Virus record (IMG/VR): IMGVR_UViG_3300037520_001276
Coordinates: 20,397-84,396 of that record
DNA: 64,000 bases
Reading direction: 5' to 3' (one strand)
Source: a virus
Shown: piece after piece, positions 8,900-18,761 of the stretch
How positions within the stretch are numbered: position 1 is the first letter of the stretch
Layout: every line of letters starts with the position of its first letter
Translations under genes and position numbers: made by a program
Notes under the pieces: generated by a model
Told to the model about the DNA's origin: nothing
The model's database searches: none
The model's input: the letters and a program-made list of their open reading frames with translations, nothing else

Positions 8900-9871
8900 A
8901 ACCATTTTTAATTTATCTTTAGATTCTTCATCTAAAGATTCTGTTTTAACTACCGACAATTTAATATAAAAATGTCCCTTCCCATTGTTTGAATCATACC
9001 CCTTGTTTGGTATCCTTAAAGGTGTGTCAGTATCTATCCTATCTGGCATATTTACAGATAATAACCCGTCAGGATGTTCAATTAACAATTTATCATCTAA
9101 AACTAATTGGAGTGGATTTAACTTCATTTTAAATATAAGATCATCTCCAACCTTTTCATAGTTTTTATCGTCAATCATATCTACTTTTATAATGAGGTCC
9201 CCTCTTTGTCTTATATTTGGGTAAAAGTCTCCCTTTCCTCTCATCCTCATAAAGTGTCCGTTGTCGGTGTTTTTAGGGATTGTAAACATAAAAATTTCAG
9301 ACTTTGTTTGTGTTGCCGTACCATTACATATTTTACATGGGTTCATTAACACAGAACCTTGCCCTTGACAAGTTGGACATTGCATTTGTATTTGTTGGCT
9401 GAACATGTTTGTACCAAATGTTTGTATAACAAATCCATTACCTTTACATGTTTCACATATTTTTTTGTTTCCTCCGGTACCATTACAAGGATCGCAAGAT
9501 AAATTACTTTGTAGTCTTATTTCTTTTTTTGCCCCGTGATATGACTCAATTGGTGTTATTTGTATTGAAACTACTTTATCAGGAGCCTTTGGTTTTTGTC
9601 TTCCTCCATTCATCATTTGTTCAAACATACTGTGAATGTCAAAACCTCCGTTTGACATACCAGCAAAAGGATTATTTTTTCTATTATCATAGTCCCTTCT
9701 TTTGTTTTCATCACCTATGTTTTCATAAGCCTCACTCACCTCTTTAAACCTTTCTTCACCATCAGGGTTTACATCCGGATGGAATTGTTTACTTAATTGT
9801 CTGTAGGCCTTTTTAATATCGTCTTGTGTTGCGTTTTCGTCAACACCTAAAATTTCATAGTAGTTCTTCAT
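8882..9871 (-). CDS. dnaJ: DnaJ co-chaperone
   Basis: [10 protein letters not shown]...HPD J-domain, four CxxCxGxG-type repeats and C-terminal domain; start set at ATG 9871. Confidence 0.95.
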   Translation of the reverse strand: MKNYYEILGVDENATQDDIKKAYRQLSKQFHPDVNPDGEERFKEVSEAYENIGDENKRRDYDNRKNNPFAGMSNGGFDIHSMFEQMMNGGRQKPKAPDKVVSIQITPIESYHGAKKEIRLQSNLSCDPCNGTGGNKKICETCKGNGFVIQTFGTNMFSQQIQMQCPTCQGQGSVLMNPCKICNGTATQTKSEIFMFTIPKNTDNGHFMRMRGKGDFYPNIRQRGDLIIKVDMIDDKNYEKVGDDLIFKMKLNPLQLVLDDKLLIEHPDGLLSVNMPDRIDTDTPLRIPNKGYDSNNGKGHFYIKLSVVKTESLDEESKDKLKMVLNHVN

Positions 9872-10514
9872 GGATAGTAAATTTATTATCGTACTTTTTA
9901 AAAATAAAAAAAAAAGAAAAATTATCAAACGTTATACCACAGAAAAAAACGCAAAATTGTTTTTTGATGATCTAATAGAAAAGCAAAATCAAATTATTTT
10001 TCCAAAAGTTATAGAGAACGCAGAAGAGACATCTTATACGTTAGGTCTTTTAACTAACACAACAAATGTTCAAAAAAGTTTATTTATTAAAGATGATGTC
10101 GGTAGAAACATACCCGCTACTATTGAAAACAGTCCTTATGTTTTTTTAGATTTAGTTAGTTATAAACAAGAAGAAAAGATTTTTGATTGGCAAACAAAGA
10201 ATAAAATTACTTTTTTAGAGTTTATTAAAAATTACTGTAACAATACTGAATTAAAAAACATATTTACTCTTAACAATAAAATATGTGTTCAAAAAGATAC
10301 TGAGTTATACGCATTCTCATTAAAAGATAAAAATGAATCTGTTAGATTTTTAGACACTTTACAGGACTATTTCTTTTCTAATAATAGACTGGATGGTCTT
10401 TTTGTAAAAGATATATCCACAACACAAAGGAAGTGGATATATAATGTGTTAACCGAAAAAGGTTTTGATAAGAAAAGATTATATAGACTAAAAACTACTT
10501 TTTCAAAAAGGTAA
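9870..10514 (+). CDS. Hypothetical protein
   Basis: 214-aa ORF whose ATG overlaps the dnaJ start codon. Confidence 0.8.
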   Translation: MDSKFIIVLFKNKKKRKIIKRYTTEKNAKLFFDDLIEKQNQIIFPKVIENAEETSYTLGLLTNTTNVQKSLFIKDDVGRNIPATIENSPYVFLDLVSYKQEEKIFDWQTKNKITFLEFIKNYCNNTELKNIFTLNNKICVQKDTELYAFSLKDKNESVRFLDTLQDYFFSNNRLDGLFVKDISTTQRKWIYNVLTEKGFDKKRLYRLKTTFSKR

Positions 10515-10713
10515 AATTAACGTTCCCTATTGATACTACGCACTTGTTTCTTTTTCCGTTATTTAATTCTTTAGATATTTGTTCAAATATGGTTTCTTCT
10601 AAATAACTTATAATTTCAATTGGATCATTACCTAAAAACGTGTCTTCTATGTTTTCAACAACGTTTGCAAATTTAACTAACTCATCCCTAAAGTTTTCAA
10701 TATTCTTCGCCAT
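10495..10713 (-). CDS. Hypothetical protein
   Basis: 72-aa ORF in an operon. Confidence 0.65.
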   Translation of the reverse strand: MAKNIENFRDELVKFANVVENIEDTFLGNDPIEIISYLEETIFEQISKELNNGKRNKCVVSIGNVNFTFLKK

Positions 10714-10892
10714 AAAGTGTAGTTTTCCTCTTTGTGTATTGTATTTTGTATTTGATCTTTTTTGAACTTCATTAGTTCTTCAGAAAACTTTAATTTATCT
10801 TTTTCTAATAATACTTTGTTTAAATCTTTTTCCTCTACAAATTTACTTAGTTCTTTCTGTATTTTCGATATTGGTCTCCTCTGGCTCATCAT
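10677..10892 (-). CDS. Hypothetical protein
   Basis: 71-aa ORF in an operon. Confidence 0.6.
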   Translation of the reverse strand: MMSQRRPISKIQKELSKFVEEKDLNKVLLEKDKLKFSEELMKFKKDQIQNTIHKEENYTLWRRILKTLGMS

Positions 10893-11271
10893 TTTGCAAA
10901 ATTTTAGTTAATTCTTCAATGTCGAACTTTAAACTTTTTAGATTTTCTAATTTTTCACTTTCAAAAATACTTTTTAACTCTTGTACTTTTGATTTAAACA
11001 ATCTTTCTTTTTCTTCTCTTTCTATGTTTGTTTTAATAAAACTATCCATAGTTTGTTCCAAAATATCAATAAGAGTTTTGTTATTTTCACATACAAAAGA
11101 AGTAACAACCCCATTATCTGTTTCTGTTTGTAAAACTTCAATACCTTCTGGGAATTTTTTTAAAGACATCCACGTAGTCGGGAATTTCATATCGAAACTT
11201 ATAAAGTTTTTCAAAACTCTTACAGATGTCAAATACTTCGATACTTTTGTTATAAATTGGCTAAAAATCAT
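10843..11271 (-). CDS. Hypothetical coiled-coil protein
   Basis: 142-aa ORF. Confidence 0.75.
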   Translation of the reverse strand: MIFSQFITKVSKYLTSVRVLKNFISFDMKFPTTWMSLKKFPEGIEVLQTETDNGVVTSFVCENNKTLIDILEQTMDSFIKTNIEREEKERLFKSKVQELKSIFESEKLENLKSLKFDIEELTKILQNDEPEETNIENTERTK

Positions 11272-11275
11272 TTTC

Positions 11276-11464
11276 TTATAAAAATATTAAATAAGTTATA
11301 ATATAAGATACAAAAGATGCAATAACGATTAATTGTCTATCTGTATATTCTATTGTTTTTGGTGGGTTTGAAAATGTAGCCATTAAAAAATTTGAGCAAA
11401 ATTTAAAAAACCCTAAAAGTGAAAAAATAAATAAAAATGTTTTTATTTGAAAAAGTAATTCCAT
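11276..11464 (-). CDS. Small two-TM membrane protein
   Basis: Two hydrophobic segments in 62 aa. Confidence 0.7.
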   Translation of the reverse strand: MELLFQIKTFLFIFSLLGFFKFCSNFLMATFSNPPKTIEYTDRQLIVIASFVSYIITYLIFL

Positions 11465-11465
11465 A

Positions 11466-11645
11466 TTATTTTTCTGTCTTGTTATGTGCTAAAATTTCTT
11501 TTCTCAAAACTTGCATAAGTTCTTTTAGTTCTTGAGCAGCCTTTCTTGCTCTGGTACCCGCAGAACTATTATTTTTAGTGTAAAATTTTGTAGTTTCAGC
11601 ATTTAATGTTTCAACCAATGATTTAATTTGTTCTAATGTTTCCAT
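11466..11645 (-). CDS. Histone H1-like (Hc1 family) protein
   Basis: METLEQIKSLVETLNAETTKFYTKNNSSAGTRARKAAQELKELMQVLRKEI; N..AGTRARK...LRK is the Bacteroidota Hc1 signature; missing from the ORF track. Confidence 0.85.
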   Translation of the reverse strand: METLEQIKSLVETLNAETTKFYTKNNSSAGTRARKAAQELKELMQVLRKEILAHNKTEK

Positions 11646-11712
11646 TTTTTAATTATTCTAAATTGTTTATTTTTTAAAAAAGGTAATTTTTATTTTTTTA
11701 TTGTAAATAAAA

Positions 11713-12201
11713 TTAATTAACTTTAATTGACCTTTCTAATAGTTTATATAGTTCTGTGAATATTTCAATATCGGATTTTGTTTTCTTTTGTCCCCTGTCA
11801 AAAAGATTTGTAAAAAAATCATCTATTGCTGATTTAAAATTTTTATCGTTTTGAGCATAACAAATTTCAAAGAAAAATCCTTCAAAAAAAGAAAGATCCT
11901 CTTCATTCAAATTAAACTTAATGTTTTCTTTTTTGAAGTTTTCTAACGTTTTATTTAAACACCATTTTAAGTGATCTTTTTTTTGTTTTTCTGTCATCCC
12001 TACTTTGGTTACCGTTTCCTCAAAATCATCACCAAGATATGTGTCTTTAACTAAATTTAAAAACGATAAACAAAAATCTCTAAAAAGTTCAGTAAGTTCG
12101 GGAATGATATTATTGGCTAAATACCAAGCGGTAATATCGTCTTGGTCCATTGGTTTTGCTAACCAATCAAAAAAACGACCCATATTATTATCAATCATCA
12201 T
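11713..12201 (-). CDS. Hypothetical protein
   Basis: 162-aa ORF. Confidence 0.75.
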   Translation of the reverse strand: MMIDNNMGRFFDWLAKPMDQDDITAWYLANNIIPELTELFRDFCLSFLNLVKDTYLGDDFEETVTKVGMTEKQKKDHLKWCLNKTLENFKKENIKFNLNEEDLSFFEGFFFEICYAQNDKNFKSAIDDFFTNLFDRGQKKTKSDIEIFTELYKLLERSIKVN

Positions 12202-12240
12202 GTATCAATAATAATATGGGTTTATCCAAAATAAAAGGTT

Positions 12241-13413
12241 TTATTGTGTTTTTTTTCCGTATGAAATAAGATTTTTAATTTTTTGAATATCTTCTAATAT
12301 TACTTTTTCTTCTTTAGACTCTAATTTCATCATAATTTTAGATGCTTTATCTGTGTTTTCACCAGCCTCATCGTTTACCGGTTGTACTGATTTATTATAC
12401 GCCTTTCTTTTCAGTTTAGCAAGTAAATTATCTTTTCTTATTTTGTTTCTTTCTTTATTAACAGGTGTTTCTACTGAATTGGCCCATTCAGGGTTATTAC
12501 CTGTTCTTGAAGATCCTACAAGTAAATCGTCCATCCATTCTTCATTTGGTTTAATTCCGTCATTAAAATCTAAGTTTTCTAACCCAGCCGCTGTAAAATT
12601 TTTCACATAATCATCAACAGCGTCAGATGGTATATACGCCTTTTTAGACATTTTAGCTAACTCACCATTTCCTTTAGGGAAGTGTTTAGCATCCATTTCA
12701 TAATCACCCTTAGAACCACCTTTTAAGTAGTCTTTCATTTTTTTAACAACACTATTAATGTAATCATCATTTTCTTTTTTAGATCTTGATTGTGCACTTT
12801 TAGTTACGTTATTAACTTTAGTCTTTTTATTTTTCTTTTTCTTTTCCTCTAAAACAATATTTTCAATAATATTAATAACTTCATTTTCTTTAAAATAGAA
12901 TGTCTCATTTGTTGATTCGTCAAGAGTTATTTTATATGTTATACTTTCCTTTCTAAGAAGTTTAAAATCTTCCGAATCAATTTTATTATTTTTGTTTTTA
13001 TCTATGGCTCTCTGTCTGCCATATAACTTTTCTTTAACTTCTGATTTTTTAGATCTTAATTTTGCAAAATCGTTTGCCCCTATTTTATTATATGGTTTTG
13101 CTTGTTTTGCAATATGTTGTTGTCCTTTAGAAAGTGTTTTAGACTCTTTAAATTCACCTTCCATATATCCACATTCAGAACATTCTCCTTCAACCATATT
13201 ACCGCTACCACATTCTGAACACATTCCTCTACTTTCTTCCATGTATCCACACTCTTTGCACTCACCTTCATACATATTTCCACTTCCACACTCTGAGCAT
13301 AATTCTTTTTTCATATTTTTATCTTCAAAAATTTTATTTCCTAGTGAATGAATTCTTTTTTTTATTTCTTCCGAAATAACTTTATCAACTATTTTTAAAC
13401 TATCACTTCTCAT
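12241..13413 (-). CDS. Putative internal head protein with tandem CSECG repeats and an EF-hand-like loop
   Basis: Two copies of CSECGSGNMxEGECxECGYME; DKNKNNKIDSEDF; IVDKVISEE leader; TATTTAT at 13419-13425. Confidence 0.65.
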   Translation of the reverse strand: MRSDSLKIVDKVISEEIKKRIHSLGNKIFEDKNMKKELCSECGSGNMYEGECKECGYMEESRGMCSECGSGNMVEGECSECGYMEGEFKESKTLSKGQQHIAKQAKPYNKIGANDFAKLRSKKSEVKEKLYGRQRAIDKNKNNKIDSEDFKLLRKESITYKITLDESTNETFYFKENEVINIIENIVLEEKKKKNKKTKVNNVTKSAQSRSKKENDDYINSVVKKMKDYLKGGSKGDYEMDAKHFPKGNGELAKMSKKAYIPSDAVDDYVKNFTAAGLENLDFNDGIKPNEEWMDDLLVGSSRTGNNPEWANSVETPVNKERNKIRKDNLLAKLKRKAYNKSVQPVNDEAGENTDKASKIMMKLESKEEKVILEDIQKIKNLISYGKKTQ

Positions 13414-13444
13414 AATTAATAAATATCTCGATAGTCATAAAGTT

Positions 13445-13939
13445 TTATTTAATTGATTTTAAAATTATCTTTTTGATTTCTTCTTCACTTAATCCTGTTC
13501 TTAGTGACACATTTTCAATCGCTTCACTAAGTGGTGATTTTTTTATTTTTCTCGGTTTAACTTCTCTTACAGGTTTATCTTTACTATCCCCCTGACTACA
13601 ATATGGAAAAGTTTTACATTTTTTATTAAACGAAACAAAAGAACCGCCAGGTATTTGTGTTCTTTTATATGATCTACCGGAACCTATTGGGTGATTACCT
13701 CGCATATTAACGTCTTCAAACCCTGGCGCATCATAAGCACCAACAGAAGATGATGAGGTCGCTTCTTTAAATTCGCCCTCCATTCTTTTGTATTCTTCCT
13801 TTGCCTCCTCATCATTAGAAAACATAGAAAAAGCCGGACCTTCAAAACCACCAGCAGAACCTGCACCTGTAGCCTCTTTAGGTTCATCTTTAACTTTTTT
13901 TAAAGACTTTTTTATTAACTCATTTAATAATTTATCCAT
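13445..13939 (-). CDS. Hypothetical protein with duplicated KEATxxxSxGxF/Y motif
   Basis: KEATGAGSAGGFEGP and KEATSSSSVGAYDAP. Confidence 0.7.
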   Translation of the reverse strand: MDKLLNELIKKSLKKVKDEPKEATGAGSAGGFEGPAFSMFSNDEEAKEEYKRMEGEFKEATSSSSVGAYDAPGFEDVNMRGNHPIGSGRSYKRTQIPGGSFVSFNKKCKTFPYCSQGDSKDKPVREVKPRKIKKSPLSEAIENVSLRTGLSEEEIKKIILKSIK

Positions 13940-14187
13940 TACTTCTTATTTTTTAAACTTCCTTGCCATGTGTTCTTTTTTGTCCACATTGTGTAATAAA
14001 ACTCGGCCATCATATTGGTAAATATTTCATTAAAATCAGGTCTTAGTGATCCGTTTTTTAATTCTTTGCCCATTTTTTTAATTAATGTATCCTCAAATTT
14101 TTTAACTGTAGGTTCTCCAAGAAAATCTTTTATCTCTTTTCTAACTAACGTTTCTAATTCTTTTTTTTCTTGTGGTGAAAGTGCCAT
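13939..14187 (-). CDS. Hypothetical protein
   Basis: 82-aa ORF with coupled start/stop. Confidence 0.7.
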   Translation of the reverse strand: MALSPQEKKELETLVRKEIKDFLGEPTVKKFEDTLIKKMGKELKNGSLRPDFNEIFTNMMAEFYYTMWTKKNTWQGSLKNKK

Positions 14188-14600
14188 TATTTAAATAATT
14201 GAATATAAACGAAGGAAGCCATTAAAACTCCGGAAGCAATTTCAACAATATTTGATTTTATTCCTGACCATTTTAATTTACCTCTTAGGTCCTTATTATC
14301 TTGTTCTACAAGTTTGTATTTTTCTTCAACACCAGCAACTATTAGTTGATTATTAACGTCTTTCTGCTCTAATTTTGATATAACTGAATCCTGCTTAACT
14401 ATCTTTTTTTGTAATTCAATTATTTCAAAATCAGTTAATTTTTTTAACTCTCTTAATTTATCTAACTCATTTAAGTCAGTTTCTATTTGTCTACCCACTT
14501 CAGTAGGAAAACATATTTGTGTGGTGTCTTTTTTAACTTCTTTTTGTGAATATGAGTATGTCGATACTATCACAAAAAATAAAACTAATATTTTTTTCAT
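14187..14600 (-). CDS. Exported coiled-coil protein with C-terminal TM (spanin-like?)
   Basis: Signal peptide MKKILVLFFVIVSTYSYSQ, coiled coil and hydrophobic C-terminus. Confidence 0.55.
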   Translation of the reverse strand: MKKILVLFFVIVSTYSYSQKEVKKDTTQICFPTEVGRQIETDLNELDKLRELKKLTDFEIIELQKKIVKQDSVISKLEQKDVNNQLIVAGVEEKYKLVEQDNKDLRGKLKWSGIKSNIVEIASGVLMASFVYIQLFK

Positions 14601-14602
14601 AT

Positions 14603-14956
14603 TTAAAACTTATATCTTTTTCTCAATGAGCTATCAATTTGTTTATTAGTCCAACCCGGTATTTCTTTGGCCTTTTCATCATAATAGTTGTTTATTACTG
14701 TTTTTTGTGCTCTTATATTTTCAATGGTCTCATCAATTTTTTCTATGTCTTTTTTATAAACTGATATCGAGTCATCTAAATCTTTTTGTTTTTGTTTAAG
14801 GTCATTAATTTTAGTATCTAACTGTTGTAATTTGTATTTCAACAACTCACTCTTGTCAGGTGCCGGAGTTAAAACTTTAACCAATAAAAAGACAACAACA
14901 CCAATTAATAGTGTTAATAATATTTCTTTAAAATATTTTTTTATAAAATTTTTCAT
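14603..14956 (-). CDS. N-terminal TM plus coiled-coil protein (i-spanin-like?)
   Basis: ILLTLLIGVVVFLLV followed by heptad repeats. Confidence 0.55.
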   Translation of the reverse strand: MKNFIKKYFKEILLTLLIGVVVFLLVKVLTPAPDKSELLKYKLQQLDTKINDLKQKQKDLDDSISVYKKDIEKIDETIENIRAQKTVINNYYDEKAKEIPGWTNKQIDSSLRKRYKF

Positions 14957-15525
14957 TACTTTTCTTCTTCTTTTTTAAATTCAGTTTTTCTTCTATTAGA
15001 TAAAATTTTAGCCCACTTAGATTTGAACTTATTATAGTAACCTGTTAATTTATTTATTAGTTCTGTAAGTTTTTCGTCTAATTTAATCATATCTCCGTTG
15101 ATATATACTCCGTTGTTTTCTCCAATAGAGAAGAAGAATTCCAAATCAAAATCAATGACTTTACCGCTCCATTGTACTTCGTTTGGGTACATGTTTAAAA
15201 CACCAAAATCAGACAAATCTGATACTTCAGAAACAAACTCATCCATAGTTTCTTGATAAGCGGTTTTTTCATCTGTAGTTAATTCAACGTCTTTTTTTTC
15301 TTTACCATGTAATGTTAAAAGACCTCCTGATATTCTATAAGACTTACTTTTATCTCTTTTCTCTACTTCAGGTTTTTCATCTTGTACATCAGCAGTTTCA
15401 TACCCTTGCTCATCATCTTCAATGTTATCTTCTATACTTTTTGCTAAATTTATTCTTGATGCCTGTTCTTGTAGCATTCTCGATCTTTTTAACAAATTTT
15501 TAATTTCGTCGTACTGATTACTCAT
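14956..15525 (-). CDS. Hypothetical protein
   Basis: 189-aa ORF; YDEIKNLLKRSRMLQE leader. Confidence 0.75.
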   Translation of the reverse strand: MSNQYDEIKNLLKRSRMLQEQASRINLAKSIEDNIEDDEQGYETADVQDEKPEVEKRDKSKSYRISGGLLTLHGKEKKDVELTTDEKTAYQETMDEFVSEVSDLSDFGVLNMYPNEVQWSGKVIDFDLEFFFSIGENNGVYINGDMIKLDEKLTELINKLTGYYNKFKSKWAKILSNRRKTEFKKEEEK

Positions 15526-16114
15526 TTTTTAATAGTTTTGTTAATAATTCAAAATTGAATGATGGGTTTAAATCTTTATATACAAAATCGTAGTTGCTTT
15601 TTGAGGTCACCCCTTTAAAGTCTATAACTTCTCCATATCTTACATTAGTACCAATACACTCTCTTTCTATATTCATTTTATCACATATTTCAATCAAAAG
15701 TTTTGAAAGACTTACTATTTGTTTTTCCTCATATTTGTCCCAATATAGGTAGTCTCTCCACTTTTTTTCAAATACTTCTTTTTTATAAATATCACCAACA
15801 TAATTTAGATATTTGTTTTCTAAAGCATTTTTTTGTAACCAACCATAATTTTCTAAAACTATAACAATTGATTTTTTATCTACTTTATCATTTCCCATAA
15901 ATTTAGTGTGTTGGTTGTCATCTAAAATTTTATAAATTTCACCTTCTTTATCTACAATATAATTTGGTATATATGGGTTTTTACCGTTATATCTATATTT
16001 TAAAGAATTAATATAGTTTTTAGCAGATCTTTTAGATTCGGCTAATATTATTTGGGTTTTTTTGTTTGATGTCTCGACAGTTTTAAAGTCTGTCGATTTT
16101 GAAAGATCCACCAT
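15518..16114 (-). CDS. Amidase_2 (N-acetylmuramoyl-L-alanine amidase)-fold protein lacking Zn-binding histidines
   Basis: QIILAES, NYIVDKEGEIY, SIVIVLENYG, KQIVSLSKLL and KDLNPSF follow the amidase_2 pattern; the His positions are replaced. Confidence 0.65.
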   Translation of the reverse strand: MVDLSKSTDFKTVETSNKKTQIILAESKRSAKNYINSLKYRYNGKNPYIPNYIVDKEGEIYKILDDNQHTKFMGNDKVDKKSIVIVLENYGWLQKNALENKYLNYVGDIYKKEVFEKKWRDYLYWDKYEEKQIVSLSKLLIEICDKMNIERECIGTNVRYGEVIDFKGVTSKSNYDFVYKDLNPSFNFELLTKLLKNE

Positions 16115-17255
16115 TTCTATTTATGTAAGAAAGACGTTTAGGTTCTGTTTGAATTACTTGATTAATGATTTCTTCATTATTTTTAATTACTTCTTCAACT
16201 TCTTCTTTTATTCCCTGTAAGTCTGTTAAATCCTCCCTTTCAAAGTATTCATCAACGGGAACATCATTTTTGTCAATATAAACAGGAACCTCAACAATTT
16301 TTTCCACTTCTTTTATTACTTCAACAGGTACCTCAACAATTTTTTCAATTATTATCGGTTCTACTTGGTCGGTATCTTGTATGGTATCATGTATGGTATC
16401 TTGTATGGTAACTTGTGGGGTGGTTATGGTATAGTTATGGGGTGTGTCATCTTTTTTTCTTGTGTTTTTAAACGCCTGATTAGTAGCAATTACAAGTGTT
16501 ATTGCCAATGGATCAAAAACAAATATTAAAATTAAAATGAAAAAGTTTGCGGTTTTTTTAATGTCCCAACTTAATAACTCACTTAAATACTTGATGGTAC
16601 CTAGTTCTCCTCCACCAATCTCTTTTGATTCCATATTTAATATGTCAACATCTAGTTTTGTAATACTGTCATTAAATGCATCTATTTTTTTAGATATTGT
16701 GTCTCTTCTTGTTTGAGCCTCTTTTAATTGCCCTTCAAAAGATTTTCTATTTTCGTTATTTGCTTTTGTAATTAACTGTCCGGTTCTTTTATCTACTGTT
16801 TGTGTTGTTGTGTTATTTGATAATCCATCTCTTAATTTTGTGATATCTCCATCAAGTATTGTTTTTTCTTTATTCAGTTCAGTTTTTATATCTTCAAATC
16901 TTTTCTTTTTTACTTCAACATTTTTCACTTGTTTTTCACCTATTTCAAGTTTTGCAATATTATCTTGAAAACCGGTACTAAGTAATCCATATATACCTAA
17001 AGAAGTTATTATTGACAACGTTATTAATGCAATTGTCATATATATCTTTAAAACTCCATAGGTCTCTTTCCATTTGTCGTGTAAATATGTTGCTATAGCG
17101 ATTTTAGATATTTCTAAAAATGTACCCATAATTATAACAGGAATTGCCGCACCAACAAATACAACAGCTAACCCAACAACGCTATAATACGCGGCAGTTC
17201 CTGATAATCCTAATGCACAAAATAACAAAAACCAAGGTAAAAACTTTTCTTTCAT
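16083..17255 (-). CDS. Multi-TM coiled-coil membrane protein with EKIVEVPV repeats
   Basis: Three N-terminal TMs (AAYYSVVGL, MGTFLEISK), coiled coil, FVFDPLAI TM, then TIQD and VEVPV repeats. Confidence 0.8.
   Translation of the reverse strand: MKEKFLPWFLLFCALGLSGTAAYYSVVGLAVVFVGAAIPVIIMGTFLEISKIAIATYLHDKWKETYGVLKIYMTIALITLSIITSLGIYGLLSTGFQDNIAKLEIGEKQVKNVEVKKKRFEDIKTELNKEKTILDGDITKLRDGLSNNTTTQTVDKRTGQLITKANNENRKSFEGQLKEAQTRRDTISKKIDAFNDSITKLDVDILNMESKEIGGGELGTIKYLSELLSWDIKKTANFFILILIFVFDPLAITLVIATNQAFKNTRKKDDTPHNYTITTPQVTIQDTIHDTIQDTDQVEPIIIEKIVEVPVEVIKEVEKIVEVPVYIDKNDVPVDEYFEREDLTDLQGIKEEVEEVIKNNEEIINQVIQTEPKRLSYINRNGGSFKIDRL
16370..16431. repeat. 12-bp tandem repeat encoding TIQD/TIHD
   Basis: About four ggtatcttgtat-like units. 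Confidence 0.65.
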
Positions 17256-17297
17256 ATTTTAATAATATAATTAATAAATAGTTATAATAAAGTAATC

Positions 17298-17329
17298 AAA
17301 AAAAAACCACAGTATTCTGACTGTGGTTT
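17298..17329 (-). terminator. Intrinsic terminator after the sigma gene
   Basis: AAACCACAGT-CAGAAT-ACTGTGGTTT followed by a U-run on the minus strand. Confidence 0.85.
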
Positions 17330-17361
17330 GCCTAAGTGTATGACGACAAATAGGTCTTTTA

Positions 17362-18177
17362 TCATAAATATTCAAATAAATCTGAACACTCGTTTCTAAG
17401 TTTACGAAGAGCCTTTTCTTTGATTTGTCTAACTCTTTCTTTTGTTAAACTAAAATCGGATCCGATGTCTTCCAATGTTCTTGGTGTTCCTGTGATTCCG
17501 TAGTAGTCTTCAACGATAACTCTTTCTCTATTGTCTAAAACACCCATAATATTCATCATTTTTTCTTTTAAAAGGTCTTTTGTTGAAAATATCTCGTCGG
17601 GTGATTCTACGTTATCATTTTTAATGATGTCAATAAGGGTGTCACCGTCTTCGTTGATATGCATATCAAGATCAATCATTCTTGGTAGTGTAGCAAATTT
17701 GTCTGAAAGATCCTTATTTGTTTTTTCGTTTTCTTTCTTTTCTTTTTGCATATCCTGAACAACATTAACTGGAAGTCTTATTGTTCTTGAATTTTCATTA
17801 AGTGATTGTAAAATTGATTGTTTAATCCACCATACCGCATACGATATAAAACGGTTATTTTTACTCCAATCAAAGTTTTTAATTGCCTTCATAAGGCCAA
17901 AGTTTCCTTCAGCAATTAAGTCAGATAAATCGACTCCTTGATTTTGGTATTGTTTGGCCACAGTAATTACAAATCGTAAATTACCTTCCAACATTTCTTT
18001 TTGAATTTGTTCTCTTTCTCTATCCGTACAATCATTAGATGCTATACGTTGGGCTAAGAATTTTTCTCTGTCAGGTGTCATCACCTTCAGTTTTCTAATG
18101 TCTTTTAAATAAATTTGAATCTCATCTTGATTCAAAGGGTTTGACGATTTAACGTCCTCCATCTTTTCTCTTTCCAT
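17362..18177 (-). CDS. rpoD: RpoD/SigA-family sigma70 factor, Bacteroidota type (no region 1.1)
   Basis: NLRFVITVAKQYQNQG..LSDLIAEGN.GL, FISYAVWWIKQSILQ, TIRLPVN and region 4 TLEDIG..LTKERVRQIKEKALRKLR. Confidence 0.92.
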   Translation of the reverse strand: MEREKMEDVKSSNPLNQDEIQIYLKDIRKLKVMTPDREKFLAQRIASNDCTDREREQIQKEMLEGNLRFVITVAKQYQNQGVDLSDLIAEGNFGLMKAIKNFDWSKNNRFISYAVWWIKQSILQSLNENSRTIRLPVNVVQDMQKEKKENEKTNKDLSDKFATLPRMIDLDMHINEDGDTLIDIIKNDNVESPDEIFSTKDLLKEKMMNIMGVLDNRERVIVEDYYGITGTPRTLEDIGSDFSLTKERVRQIKEKALRKLRNECSDLFEYL

Positions 18178-18730
18178 AATTGTCTAAAATTTCTTTTTCT
18201 GTCTCTGTTAATGATTCAATTCCTTTCTCTGATATTTTGTCTAATATTTCATCTACCGTTGGTAAATAATCGGGTTCGTTCTTTTGAACCATTTGATTAA
18301 AGTCCGTTGGCATTAAAAACTCAAACGTAAAATTTCTTAATTCTTCTTTTCTTTCTCTTAATTTACTTTCTACATTTATTTCTCCTGTTTTGTTTTCTTT
18401 CTTTTTTTCTTCTCCGTCAATATTCAAAAAATCTTTCTTTAGTTTTCTTGGCATTTTTATATCCACGTTCTTAGTTACTTCCATTAAAAAGTATTGTTCT
18501 GTAATTTCTGACATACCCATATCGATATACTCTTTTAGGTCAGAAAAAACTTCTTTACTTCTAAAATGAAAAACAACACCGTACTCACCGTATGTAAACT
18601 TTAAAAATGGTGAAGATACGACTGTTAATAACTGAGACGACAAATTTGTTGCCAAGTTTTCTTGCTCATCAAAATCTCCAAAAATAAATAACATATAAGA
18701 GGGATCTTGTTTTGGTTGTCTTTTTCTCAT
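18149..18730 (-). CDS. Protein with C-terminal DUF6576-like domain
   Basis: VDEILDKISEKGIESLTETEKEIL; start at ATG 18730 supported by the upstream promoter. Confidence 0.75.
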   Translation of the reverse strand: MRKRQPKQDPSYMLFIFGDFDEQENLATNLSSQLLTVVSSPFLKFTYGEYGVVFHFRSKEVFSDLKEYIDMGMSEITEQYFLMEVTKNVDIKMPRKLKKDFLNIDGEEKKKENKTGEINVESKLRERKEELRNFTFEFLMPTDFNQMVQKNEPDYLPTVDEILDKISEKGIESLTETEKEILDNYGKRKDGGR

Positions 18731-18753
18731 TAATTTACTTTTTATATATAGTA

Positions 18754-18761
18754 CAAAGTTA
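18754..18761 (-). promoter_or_regulatory. Bacteroidota-type -7 element TAACTTTG
   Basis: caaagtta on the + strand, upstream of the DUF6576-sigma pair. Confidence 0.6.
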
